Origin: Octopus bimaculoides
Lineage: Eukaryota
Assembly (NCBI RefSeq): GCF_001194135.2
Contig: NC_069002.1
Span: 29,977,572 to 30,027,248, forward strand
DNA length: 49,677 nt
Direction: 5' to 3'
Below, one piece after another: positions 1 through 11,665 of the stretch (within the stretch, counting starts at the first letter, position 1; each line of letters opens with the position of its first letter). A program made the translations under genes and the position numbers. The notes under the pieces are model-generated. The model searched no databases and was not told the origin of the DNA. It saw only the letters and a list, made by a program, of their open reading frames with translations.

Positions 1-62
1 TATAACTGCATGCACGCATGTATGTACGTATGTGTGTATGTAAATGTTCATCTGTTTTTCAG

Positions 63-270
63 CTGGGTAGTCGGCCTCTGGAGCGAATGCTCAAGAAGCT
101 GCGATGTCGGTGAACAAGTTCGTTCGGTTCGCTGTTGGAGAATGTTGGCCCCGGGTTTCGATAGCAGTGTTCATGTGTACCTTTGTAACTCGGCAGTAAG
201 ACCTGCATCCAGTCGGAAGTGTAACAACCAGCCGTGCGGTCCTCAATGGGAAATGTCAACATGGTCAACG
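63..270 (+). CDS. ADAMTSL2: ADAMTSL2-like exon, TSP1 repeat (phase 2 to phase 0)
   Basis: Acceptor ttttcAG at 61-62, donor GTAACT at 271. Reads WVVGLWSECSRSCDVGEQVRSVRCWRMLAPGFDSSVHVYLCNSAVRPASSRKCNNQPCGPQWEMSTWST, closely resembling vertebrate ADAMTSL2 as I recall it (RCWKMLSPGFDSSV...CGPQWEMSEWSEC). Orthology is from recalled sequence, not a search. Confidence 0.9.
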
Positions 271-734
271 GTAACTAAACGTTTCATTTTGTTGATCTTT
301 TCCTGGCTCTTAAAATAATTCATTCATCAACACGAATATGTCGAATTTCTTTTCTTTTCTCTTCTGCCAAAATATCAAATTCCTACCAACATTCATAGTT
401 ACATACATGAGACTATATTATGCCAAATACTGTAATATTCTGCTAAGACCTGTATACGCTATATATTACTTAGGAGTGAGTCAACTGTTATGTACAGGCG
501 AGACTATATTTTACTATATATATCAGAGCGGTTACACTAAAGGGTGGAATCACTTTATTACAACTACACTTAGGAAAGTGTATACGATTTTACTCAAGTG
601 AGACTATTCCATTGGTTGCAAGGAAGGCTGTTCAATACAAAGGAGAGATGCATTTGCTACATTCAGGAAAATCTATGATATTGTAAAAAGAGGCTAAATA
701 TTGGTTAAAAGTTTGGCACCAGGCAAGCAAGTAC

Positions 735-870
735 GGGGCAGTGTGTAAGTCTATTACATCGACCCCAATGTTTAACTGGTACTTATTTTATCGATCCCGA
801 AAGGATGAAAGGAAAAGTACCCTCGGCGGAATTTGAACTCAGAACGTAAAGACGGACGAAATACCGCTAT
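735..870 (-). mobile_element. tRNA-headed SINE family B fragment
   Basis: Reverse complement of gcggtatttcgtc...ctgagttcaaattccgccgagg...ctttcatcctttcggg.tcgataaaataagtacc. Confidence 0.8.
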
Positions 871-1241
871 ATATATATATATATATNNNNNNNNNNNNNN
901 NNNNNNNNNNNNNNNNNNNNNNNNNNNNNNNNNNNNNNNNNNNNNNNNNNNNNNNATATACAAAAAATAACACCGCTAGGCACCGCACATATCCTGAAAG
1001 CACTTTGAATATAACTGGAATTACATTTATTCCATGGTTTACTCTCGTTTTTGCAAACTGTGAGAGATAAATCAAATATCGTGTAAGAAGGATGTTATAG
1101 TCGTGTCCATTATATAATTCATGTTACACACTGGCATCCCCAGTCATTTAATCATAGCAGAATCAATGAATATAATATATACGAACAAATGCATGTTTTG
1201 TATATACATGTATATAAATATACAAGGATGTGTGTAGGAGT

Positions 1242-1289
<48 letters not shown>

Positions 1290-1314
1290 TGTGTATGTTC
1301 CTGAGTGTGTGTAG

Positions 1315-2055
1315 GTTATGTAAATCAAAAGAGGAAAGATAGTTGCAGCAAATAGTAGTAGTAATATATGGTTATGGTTGCAGAAAAGAAAGCTGTAAAG
1401 GGCAATAGAAAGTTTGTTAGTAGCAGCACAAGATCAATCATTAAGGATCATCTATGTAAAAGCTAAGACAGACAAAAAAACCAAATAGATTCCCAAAGTA
1501 GGTTATGCAAATCAAAAGAGGAAAGGGTTACTCATATAATAAATGACTGTAGCATGCTGGCACAGAAAGAATACAAGAAAAGAAATGACAATCTTGGGGG
1601 AATAATCCACTGGAAGTTATGTAGAAAGCTAGGATTTCACCATACTAATAAATGGTATAAACATGAACCTGCTAAAGTACTAGAGAATAAGAAATATAAG
1701 ATGTGGGGCTTTAACATTCAGACTGACCGACTAATAGAAGCTAGAAGGCCTGATTTGGTAGTATAGACAAAGAGAATAGAAAGCGTCAGATAAATGACTT
1801 TACAATCCCAAATGATGAGAAAGTCAATATGAGTGGCATAGAGAAAACAGTAAAGTACCAGAACCTAGCCATTGAGTTACAAAGGCTGTGGAAAGTTCGG
1901 GTAAAATGTATCCCAGTTGTTATAGGTGCATTAGGAACTATCCCTAAAGATTTGAACATATGGATAGAGGAAATAGGGATAAAACCTAGAAGGCTTGATT
2001 TGGTAGTATAGACAAAGAGAGTAGAAAATGCCAGATAATTGACTTTACAATCCAA
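1315..2055 (+). mobile_element. Decayed R4/Dong-like non-LTR retrotransposon 3' part (zinc knuckle plus restriction-like endonuclease)
   Basis: Frameshifted LLVAAQDQ...RLCKSKEERVTHII..C.MLAQKEYKKR.DNL..IHWKLC, then FNIQTDRLIEARRPDLVV and KYQNLAIELQRLWKVRVKCIPVVIGALGTIPK. Confidence 0.8.
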
Positions 2056-2160
2056 ACACACTCACACCGTATTTAAATATTATTCATTGTGTTCCGAACT
2101 TTTTTACTATTTTACTATCTTCTGTATACTCTGATTTCTCTTTGCTTCTTTTTTGGCCAG

Positions 2161-2316
2161 TGTTCTTCTCTCTGTGGTTATGGAATTCAAAGACGCCATG
2201 TTCGATGTAACTCAGGCAATGAAATACATTGTAATAGATCTACGAAACCGACAACACACCAATCCTGCTTCCACCCTCCTTGTGTCCACAGTTGGAAAGT
2301 GAAGAAATGGTCGAAG
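2161..2316 (+). CDS. ADAMTSL2: ADAMTSL2-like exon, TSP1 repeat (phase 0 to 0, 52 codons)
   Basis: Acceptor ttttggccAG at 2159-2160, donor GTAATG at 2317. CSSLCGYGIQRRHVRCNSGNEIHCNRSTKPTTHQSCFHPPCVHSWKVKKWSK; joins the previous exon in frame (WST|CS). Confidence 0.9.
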
Positions 2317-2454
2317 GTAATGGCAAAATTAAATGTCTTTTCTTCACAACTTTTCTTTTGAAACAGCAAATTCCAAAGGGTTCTGTTCTACTCGTTTGTT
2401 GGAATTTGTTCTGTCAGTTTGATAGAAAATCTGGTCAACCATTTTGATAGCCTA

Positions 2455-3015
2455 TGTTCTACACCCAAGGGAATAAACGGAGATGGTATGCATCATGCTA
2501 TTATGGAGGGAAGAATAAGAAAGGAGCACTATAGGAGAATAAGACTTGTATTGAAGACTGAACTCAGCTCAACAAATCGCATCGATGCCATTAACACTCT
2601 GGCACTTCCAGGAGTCCAGTACAGTTTTAACACCATTAACTGGAATCCTACAGAGCTCCAAAGCTTGGACAGGAAGACAAGAACATGTAAGAACATGTAC
2701 CGTCGGAAAGCAGACGTTCACCAGCTGTATCTACCTAGAAGCATTGAGAGAAGAGGAATGATGCAATTAGAACTGGGCTATAAGGCCTCCGCTATAGGAG
2801 TGAACAGGTCCGTATATAGTACAGAGGACTGGATGCTGTGATTTGTGTGTGAACATGAAAGTAGGAAAAAGTCGCATTCTGTTGTCAAGGAGGCTTATAA
2901 ATTCGCAAAGGAAGTTGGCATTAATCCTGAATTGGATGAAATAACCTGAAACCACTGCTACCAAGCAAGCAAAACGAATGAAGAAGACTGCAAAAAAGAA
3001 CGGGCAGAAAAAAAA
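2455..3015 (+). mobile_element. Decayed R4/Dong-like LINE fragment (post-RT region)
   Basis: EGRIRKEHYRRIRLVLKTELSSTNRIDAINTLALP..QYSF..INW...LDRKTR...KADV.QLYLPRS..RRG..QLE, the region just downstream of RT in RLE-type LINEs. Confidence 0.75.
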
Positions 3016-3349
3016 TTGAGGAGCGGTGGAGTCAGAAGCCCCTGCACGGTCAGTATATTCTTCGAGGTCAAAATGACGAAGATGATTGTGATGACGACGA
3101 CGACGATTGTGATGATGATGACAATGACGACGATGATGACGACGACGACGGTGACGACGACGACGATAATGATGACAATGACGACGACGATGATGAAGAC
3201 GATGGTGCTTCTGCTTCGGTTGAAGTTGCTATTGTTTCGGTTGTGACGTTTTCTTACTTAAAAGAAAACGTGCGCGCGTGGAACTTTGAGTGTTGAATCA
3301 ATGTTGTAACACAGTTGAATCATCTTTGCGTTCTGTTTTTGGTTTCCAG

Positions 3350-3523
3350 TGCAACGGTCCGTGTGGCCGCGGTGTACAGCATCGGGACGTGATATGCGTT
3401 GACCGAAATGGAATTAGAAGCGACATCAGATCCTGCGATAAAAACACCAAACCACAAACGGTACAAGGATGTGGCTTTGCACCATACTGTCCGTCGATGT
3501 GGGTGCCACAGGCTTATGACACG
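3350..3523 (+). CDS. ADAMTSL2: ADAMTSL2-like exon, TSP1 repeat (phase 0 to 0, 58 codons)
   Basis: Acceptor tttccAG at 3348-3349, donor GTGAGT at 3524. CNGPCGRGVQHRDVICVDRNGIRSDIRSCDKNTKPQTVQGCGFAPYCPSMWVPQAYDT. Confidence 0.9.
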
Positions 3524-3625
3524 GTGAGTAGATTTTCGCTTTATTTATTACAGAAAATAAGGTAGCACAGATTTTTATGATTTTATTCAGAAAATTAGGG
3601 AACACAAGTTTTTCATACATTAAAT

Positions 3626-3999
3626 AGGCGTGGCTGTGTGGTAAGAAGTTTGCTTCTCAACCACATGGTTCGGGATTCAATCCCACTACGTGGCACTTTG
3701 GGCGGGTGTCTTATACTGTAACCTCAGGGTGACCAAAGCCCTGTGAGTGGCTAAGGGGTGGGCTGAGGGGTGCAAGGCAAAAGGGGTTAGCGGCTGCGAA
3801 TATGCCGCTGGCACTGTCCCACAATTCACATACTTGCAATATCTGTGGACGATTTCGTTGGCGGGGCCCAAATGTCGCATTTGACATAAGCATTATGACT
3901 GACAAAGAAAGAGTAGGTTGCTAAACCCTCATACATCGAAACCGACGGGAGGTCCCTCATATGTATGTGTGTATGTGTGTGTGGATATATATGTGTGTA

Positions 4000-4033
<34 letters not shown>

Positions 4034-4312
4034 CATATGTGTGTGTATATACATATGTGTGTGTATATACATATATATATATGTGTGTGTGTGTGTGAGT
4101 GTGTTTTTGTGTTTGTGTGTCCTCCGCCACCACTTGACAACCGGTGTTGGTGTGCTTACGTCCCAGTAACTTGGTGGTTCAGCAACAGAGACTGATAGAA
4201 TAAGTACCAGGCTTAAACAATAGTAAGCACCGGGGTCGATTCTTTCGACTAAAATTCTTCAAGACGGTGCTGCAGTATGGCCACAGCACCGTCTGATACA
4301 AATAAAAGATGA
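3626..4312 (+). mobile_element. tRNA-headed SINE family A (CORE-like), split by an insert and microsatellite
   Basis: A-box TGGCTGTGTGG, B-box-like GGATTCAATCCC, ggcactttgggc core; 3' half at about 4110-4312 (ttgacaaccggtg...gtcgattc...cgactaaa...). Confidence 0.8.
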
Positions 4313-4879
4313 AATATATAAGATATTACCGCAAGCTTATGATACCGAAAGTAAATGAAATCATAGAAAGTTGGGTTCTACGGAGCTTATAAATACTTTG
4401 AATAAATTAATCCATATTGAAAACTGAGTGCCACAGGCCTAGATACCGTGGAGTAAATATAATTTAATGGAATATCTGACACCAGAAAATGTATGCATTG
4501 TATTCGTTCTGGAATGCACTCGCAAACTGAAGCTAATGCTGTGAATATACATACTTGTGTAACTGTGGCTAATATCAGGTAATGTTATATAAATGCAATA
4601 ATTATTATTAATTAAATTTCAGAGCTCTTGTACGAAACAATAAAATAAATACACAGATTCAGAACATAAACATTTATTGAATTAAGATTAAACAAAATAA
4701 GACAAATTACACATTTGTATATCTGCCAGAAATGTATGTTATTAACAATACTTGTACTGTTTAACCATTAAAGTAAAATTATCTGAAAGTACTAAGAATT
4801 ACGAAAGTATGTTACCAACATTTACTATCAAATGTTATGTGACACATATTCTAGTTGGTATTTATTACTCAAGGGAGAT

Positions 4880-5115
4880 AAATCCGATGAGATCAGATTT
4901 ATCTCCCTTAGAGGGACGCGCAAACAGCAAGCTTTTATGAACAGGGTTAAGTGGATGGTATCTACTCCAGTACTTGACTGGTACTTTATTTTCTGGACTT
5001 CAGAAGGATGAATGGTAAAGTTGACTTCAATGGGGTTTGAACTCAGAACGTAAAGAGTCAGAAGAAATACTGCGAGGCATTCACTCCAGCGATTCTAACA
5101 GCTCGCCTCGCAACA
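4880..5115 (-). mobile_element. SINE family B, diverged
   Basis: gttctgagttcaaaccccattgaagtcaactttacc...cattcatccttc...aaataaagtaccagtcaagtactggag. Confidence 0.7.
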
Positions 5116-5119
5116 TTAA

Positions 5120-5122
5120 TGC

Positions 5123-5213
<91 letters not shown>

Positions 5214-5234
5214 CCTACCTACCTACCTACCTAC

Positions 5235-5292
<58 letters not shown>

Positions 5293-5420
5293 CTATGTAT
5301 GTATGTATGTATGTATGTATGTATGTATGTATCTATCTATCTGTCTGTCTGCCTGTCTATTTGTCTATCTGTCTATCTGTCTGTCTATCAATTTATCTCT
5401 CTATCTATATCTCCCTATCT
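5120..5420. repeat. Compound (TCTG)n(TCTA)n(CCTA)n(TATG)n microsatellite
   Basis: Direct reading; produces the low-complexity parts of ORFs 5037..5741 and 5119..5436. Confidence 0.95.
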
Positions 5421-5519
5421 ACTCGATCTAGAATAGAATGGAAGCTCTATTCTCTCCTATATTATAGAACAAACGCCAGACGACATCACAATTATCCTGA
5501 AACATATTTCTCTTTTCAG

Positions 5520-5699
5520 TGCTCAGCTTCCTGTGGCCAAGGAATTGTAACCAGGAAAGTAGTTTGCGGACGCGTGGTTCGAAACAGTTTCCAGTTGCAA
5601 TCAGATGCCCACTGTCGCCATAAACCTCGGCCAACAAGTACAACCACCTGCACCGCGAAACCGTGCCTCTCCAGCTGGTATGTCACAGAATGGTCAAAG
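5520..5699 (+). CDS. ADAMTSL2: ADAMTSL2-like exon, TSP1 repeat (phase 0 to 0, 60 codons)
   Basis: Acceptor ttttcAG at 5518-5519, donor GTAAGT at 5700. CSASCGQGIVTRKVVCGRVVRNSFQLQSDAHCRHKPRPTSTTTCTAKPCLSSWYVTEWSK. The expected last TSP1 and PLAC exons were not found downstream on +. Confidence 0.9.
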
Positions 5700-5769
5700 G
5701 TAAGTTTGATGAGATTTGACCAAAGGAAAAAGTTCTTTTAATCTTTTATCATCTTTTCATATTCTTTTA

Positions 5770-5945
5770 CTCGCGTTAGTCCCTGGATTGCGGTCATGCT
5801 GGAGCGCAGCCTAGGAGTGCTTAGTCGAACAAATTGACATTAATACTTATTCGTCCTAAATCTGGTATACATTTTATCGGTCCCTTCTTGCCGAGAAGCT
5901 AGAGAGTACAGGGACGTAACCAAGCCAACATTTGTTGTCAAGGAG
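5770..5945 (-). mobile_element. SINE family A 3' half
   Basis: Reverse complement of ttgacaac...cgactaa...gctccagcatgaccgcaatc. Confidence 0.7.
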
Positions 5946-6034
5946 CATGAAGACAAAGACGATGGGATGTGAGCACATACATGTACAATGTGTATAATAA
6001 TACACACGCATACACACGCATGTGCATACATCTA

Positions 6035-6107
<73 letters not shown>

Positions 6108-6142
6108 TATATGTATGTATGTGTGAGTGTATACACATAGAA

Positions 6143-6191
<49 letters not shown>

Positions 6192-6287
6192 CACACACAA
6201 AGTATGGGGATTTAGTTCACAGGTGATCTAAACGATTAGGTACCCTTGGTAACAGGTGTAACGGATTACTAGGGCTCCACGGTTATA

Positions 6288-6571
6288 GCCGAGACGGTAG
6301 TTATGGAGCCATTGTAGATTTCCGATACAGCCGATATATAATTGTTAAAGCGGACAACAGACATTAAGGCAAGGCAAACATCTCAAGTCATATACAATAT
6401 TATTATTGGAAAAAAATTCAAAGTCTTACAGCTGTTTCTGGGATATTCCAGAGTATGGGACATTCCGTCATCAGAGACTAATAGGGAGAATGAGAAGGGT
6501 ATATATTAATGAAATGATGACATAGAGGAAGGGAGTAAGGGAGGATATGGCTCCATAACTACCGTCTCGGC
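6288..6571. repeat. 284-bp segment bounded by a perfect 25-bp inverted repeat
   Basis: gccgagacggtagttatggagccat (6288-6312) and atggctccataactaccgtctcggc (6547-6571). Confidence 0.85.
6422..6479 (-). ncRNA. Minimal type I hammerhead ribozyme motif (same family as 38539)
   Basis: On -: agtct CTGATGA cggaatgtcccatactctggaatatccca GAAA cagctg TA agact: 5-bp stem I, identical stem III and cleavage site, degenerate stem II. Confidence 0.6.
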
Positions 6572-6787
6572 ATATAAATACATACATACATACATATATA
6601 TATGTGTGTCTGTTTATATANNNNNNNNNNTTTGTGGAAGAAACTTACCCCAGGTATCGTGCACTGGAACTGAACTCGAAAACACCTGGTTGCAAGCACA
6701 CTTCTTAACCACAGAGCCATGCTTAATCTTTCATATTTCATGGAACCATTTTGCATGTAATTCTCTAAAAATATAAGAAACACCAGC

Positions 6788-6985
6788 AAGCCGGGCGATA
6801 TGCTTCGCGGTATTTCGTAGCTCAAATTCCGTCGAGGTCGACGCTGCCTTTCATCCTTTCGGGGTGGATTAAATAAGTACCAGTTACGCACTGGAGTCGA
6901 TATAATCGACTTAAAATCCTTTTGCCTGTCCTTGTTTGTCCCCTCTATATTTAGCCCCCACGCTGTAAGTAATAAAGAAATAAAT
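6788..6985 (+). mobile_element. SINE family B
   Basis: gccgggcga...ctcaaattccgtcgaggtcgacgctgcctttcatcctttcgggg...aagtaccagttacgcactggagtcgatataatcgactt. Confidence 0.8.
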
Positions 6986-7614
6986 ATACTGTGGCAGACA
7001 ACCTAACTATAACCCCTTTCTTCTATAGACAAATAACCATAGTAAAGTAATTACTTTCACTTCTTTAAGAATATTTGTCAGCAGCAACATGTGTACAGCG
7101 CCGAAATATATACGTTACGATATTTAGCGCGCTGTTTCTGAGTTATGAAGCTAACGTATGTCAGAATCGAGAAAATCTTCCAACAATCCGGTGTCGATAA
7201 ACTAAATAATTCACTTAATTCGTTCGACTGTTTAACACATCTTGCAGAAATCAGACAACAGCCTAGTCACAACAGATATTTTTTTTATAATAAGCTTCTG
7301 GGAGAATACAAAGTGGTTAGGACGGCACGTACTTAGTAAATGTAGTACGTAAAATTTCTCCAGTTGAAGCCTTTTGGAAATACACAAATATTATATATCA
7401 TGTGATATTATTGGGGGTAGATGGAAATTGAAAAGGAGTGGGTGAAGGTGGTAGGGGAGAAGTGATTTGACTAGTTTTCTCCTTTTATGGAAATCAGTTT
7501 CTATTCTCCTCTAGAGTGTGTGTGTGTGTGAGTGTTTCTGAGTCTGTATATACATACATGTATANNNNNNNNNNNNNNNNNNNNNNNNNNNNNNNNNNNN
7601 NNNNNNNNNNNNNN

Positions 7615-7659
<45 letters not shown>

Positions 7660-8100
7660 ATGTACGTATGTGTATATATGTGATTTTATGGATATATGAA
7701 AATGTAGGTGTGTGTAGATTTGTGCACGTGTGTAGATTTGCGTGTATATATTTTTATATATGTGCATATGTGTGTTTGCTGGGGATAATAGTGGAGATAG
7801 TGGAGCGGCGTGGGACAATGGTGAATATGTTGGGTACTAACCAACATGGCCGCAAGTAGAAGTAAAACAACAAAAACGACAAAAACAAGAACGACAACAA
7901 CAACAACAACAATAATGGTAGCAGAAATATGGCTTTAATACAGCATGAGACTAAAGTTTTAGAGAGAAACAATATGAGAGTGAGAACGAAAGAGAGGCAG
8001 AGAGAGAGAGAGAGAGAGAGGGGGGAGAAAGAAGGAAAGAAAGAGGGAGTGGGAGCTTGTGGGAAATAAACGATTACCAAAGAGGTGTGAAGCAATAACT

Positions 8101-8372
8101 ACGGTTTGATGATGACGACGACGACGATGATGATGATGATGATGAGGATGAGGATCATGATGATAATGATGGTGATGATGGTGGTGATGATGATGATGAT
8201 GATGAGGATGAGGATCATGATGATAATGATGGTGATGATGGTGGTGATGATGATGATGATGATGAGGATGNNNNNNNNNNGATAATGATGGTGATGATGG
8301 TGGTGATGATGATGATGATGATGAGGATGAGGATCATGATGATAATGATGGTGATGATGGTGATGATGGTGG

Positions 8373-8404
<32 letters not shown>

Positions 8405-8480
8405 GTGATGGTGATGAGGATGATGGTGATGGGGATGATGGTGATGATGGCCACGAAGACGATGATGATGATGACGACGA
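8101..8480. repeat. (GAT/GGT)n repeat with 60-bp higher-order unit
   Basis: Lines starting 8161 and 8221 are identical up to the gap; the unit resumes after the 10-N gap. Confidence 0.9.
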
Positions 8481-8691
8481 CGACGATGGTAGTGGTGGTG
8501 GCCGCCGTCATTCTCTTCCTCCTCCTCCTCATTCCTTTCTTCTTCATTCTCATCGATGTCATCAGCAGCAGCAGCAGCTTTTGTAGCAACAAGATTTCTA
8601 CCAGCACAAAATCTCCAACAAAAATCAATAGTAAAGCAAAATAATAGCCGCATAAACCATCGACAGCACCCACATCTCCCCCGTTATCCAC

Positions 8692-8728
<37 letters not shown>

Positions 8729-9329
8729 ACACACACACACACACACACGCAGCTAAACACGTACACATACATTTACATAAACGCTTACATGAGCACATGC
8801 TAAGCAATACACGCGTACATATGCATATACATACATACACATACGCACATAACATACGCATATGCGTATATGTACACACATACACACACATAAACACCGA
8901 TACGTATAGAGAGACATGCACCACAACACTCAATATATACATCCACAACGAAAGTGTTGAATCGTTTTCTGTAGAGGAAGCAGACATGTCAAGCCGCATT
9001 CATCCACTTCTGCCCCTCCACAGCCTCCTTCCTCATCCCTACCCAACTACCAGCCAACCGTCTTCACCATCCCTTCGTCAATCTCCATCTACCCATTACG
9101 ACAGACACCCTGTCAATCTCACACGATCCTCTCACTTGAAATGATTCACTTTCACTCCGTCACACCTTCCATCCATTACAAATGTCTTAAAAGTTTTTAC
9201 GCTTTTCTTTCTATTTTATTCGCTTCTCTTTTTTTTTTACTAGTTGCAGTTCGATAGTTGCGGCCATGCTGGGACACTACCGTTTTTGCTTAATTTTTTT
9301 TCCCGCCATTTTCGAAACAGAAATAGAGA

Positions 9330-9500
9330 ATTTGTGATTGTGTGGTTAAGAAGCTTTGCTTCGCAACCACAAGGCTTCAGGTTCAACCATAAAGCGTGGC
9401 ACCTCGAGCAGATGTCTTCTACTATAGCTCTGGGGTCGGATCAAAGACTTGGAAATGAATTTGGAAGAAAACTGTGTAAAAGCCTACCCTGTGTATATCC
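9330..9500 (+). mobile_element. SINE family A 5' half (ends at gap)
   Basis: tgtgtggttaagaagctttgcttcgcaaccac...ggcacctcgagcagatgtcttctactatagc. Confidence 0.7.
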
Positions 9501-10741
9501 GACNNNNNNNNNNNNNNNNNNNNNNNNNNNNNNNNNNNNNNNNNNNNNNNNNNNNNNNNNNNNNNNNNNNNNNNNNNNNNNNNNNNNNNNNNNNNNNNNN
9601 NNNNNNNNNNNNNNNNNNNNNNNNNNNNNNNNNNNNNNNNNNNNNNNNNNNNNNNNNNNNNNNNNNNNNNNNNNNNNNNNNNNNNNNNNNNNNNNNNNNN
9701 NNNNNNNNNNNNNNNNNNNNNNNNNNNNNNNNNNNNNNNNNNNNNNNNNNNNNNNNNNNNNNNNNNNNNNNNNNNNNNNNNNNNNNNNNNNNNNNNNNNN
9801 NNNNNNNNNNNNNNNNNNNNNNNNNNNNNNNNNNNNNNNNNNNNNNNNNNNNNNNNNNNNNNNNNNNNNNNNNNNNNNNNNNNNNNNNNNNNNNNNNNNN
9901 NNNNNNNNNNNNNNNNNNNNNNNNNNNNNNNNNNNGGTGATATAAGCACACACATGCACACACATGCACACACATGCACACACATATACGCCAATACACG
10001 CATTCAACCTGTGTACAATCACATATACAGATATAAACACATTCACGCACATTTACGTACATACCTATACGCACATATGCAAGAATCCTTATTTAACCTT
10101 ACAAGACCACAAACACATATGAAACCAACAGATATGCAGGTATATAGAGATAAGAACACAAACAGACATACACACACATGCACTCACATACACTCTCTTA
10201 TACATATAAATATTTGTATACCATCGCATGCACGCAACACGCACCGATACACATATATGGATATAAACGCGCACAACTCACACATGCATATATACACGCA
10301 TACACTTATGTTCCGTGAAGATATGACAGTTTCACCATTTTAGAAAAATAACGGGACTTAATCTCACTTGACATGTTGAAAGAGAAAAATACGGAAAGCA
10401 AATAAAAGAAGAAAAACTCAACGTTATAAGCACACAAATTCAAGCACTCGTTTACAACCTTGTTTGCACTTGCACACAACTTCACACAAACGTACACAAC
10501 TTTGCACATGCTTACACAACCTTAGAAACACGTACGCTCAGACACGTGCACGCACAAGTACACACGTCTTTTTTTACAGAGAGGAACAAATATTCCACAG
10601 AGGGATTGGCAGTGATCCTCAGAGACACATACACACATACATACATATACATAGATGCATACACCCATAAATACATACATCCATAAATACATACATACAT
10701 ACATACATACATACATACATACACACAAGCACACAAAGGCA

Positions 10742-10813
<72 letters not shown>

Positions 10814-10894
10814 TTGGTAATGAACTAAAACGTGAGTGATGGACACCGCACTGGTGGATGAGTAACATGTGTCATAATAATAATAATAATAATT

Positions 10895-10925
<31 letters not shown>

Positions 10926-11305
10926 TGATGATGATGAAAACGCCGATGATGATGATGCTGAATGGTTATGATGACGATGATGGTGGTGATGATTTCTTTA
11001 ATTTGTTATACGCAACAGACAAACATATATAAACATGTGCGCGCGCGTGTGTGTGTGAGAGAGCGAGAGAGAGACAGAGAAAGATAAAAAAGAGCGAGAG
11101 TGTATGAAATACAGAACTACAGACTAGACTATGACGTTTTGCCGATAACGGTTTGTCAAACAATCGGCCGAGAAGTTCGACGATTCTCTACCGATAAGAA
11201 ACCAGTTAGCTGTCTTGAGAGAATGGTACACACACACACACACACACACACACAACGCATATATGTATCTGTATTTATCTACAAGGAATATATATACACA
11301 TATAT

Positions 11306-11418
11306 TCCGGGTTCAGTCCCACTGTGTGGCACCTTGGACAAGTGTCTCCCACTATAGCCTCGGGACGGCCAAAGCCTTGTCAGTGGATATGGTAGACGGA
11401 AACTGGAAGAAGCCCGTC

Positions 11419-11460
<42 letters not shown>

Positions 11461-11665
11461 NNNNNNNNNNGTGTCTGTTTGTCCCCTCATCATCGCTTCA
11501 CAACCGATGCTGATGTGTCTATGTCCTCGTAACCTAGCGGTTCAACAAGAGAAACCGATAGAATAAGTACTAGACTTACAAAGAATAAGCCCCGTGGTCG
11601 ATGTTTTCGACTAAAGGCGGTGCTCCAATATGGCCGCACTCCAATGACTGAAACAAATAAAAGAA
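11306..11665 (+). mobile_element. SINE family A, 5'-truncated, gap in internal (TA)n
   Basis: ccgggttcagtcccactgtgtggcaccttggacaagtgtc...aagcccgtcgtatat(n)...gtgtctgtttgtcccc...tgactgaaacaaataaaag. Confidence 0.85.

Noticed and set aside
5037-5741. 234-aa ORF as a single gene
   Set aside because: It runs through a SINE and a microsatellite; only 5520-5699 is a real exon.
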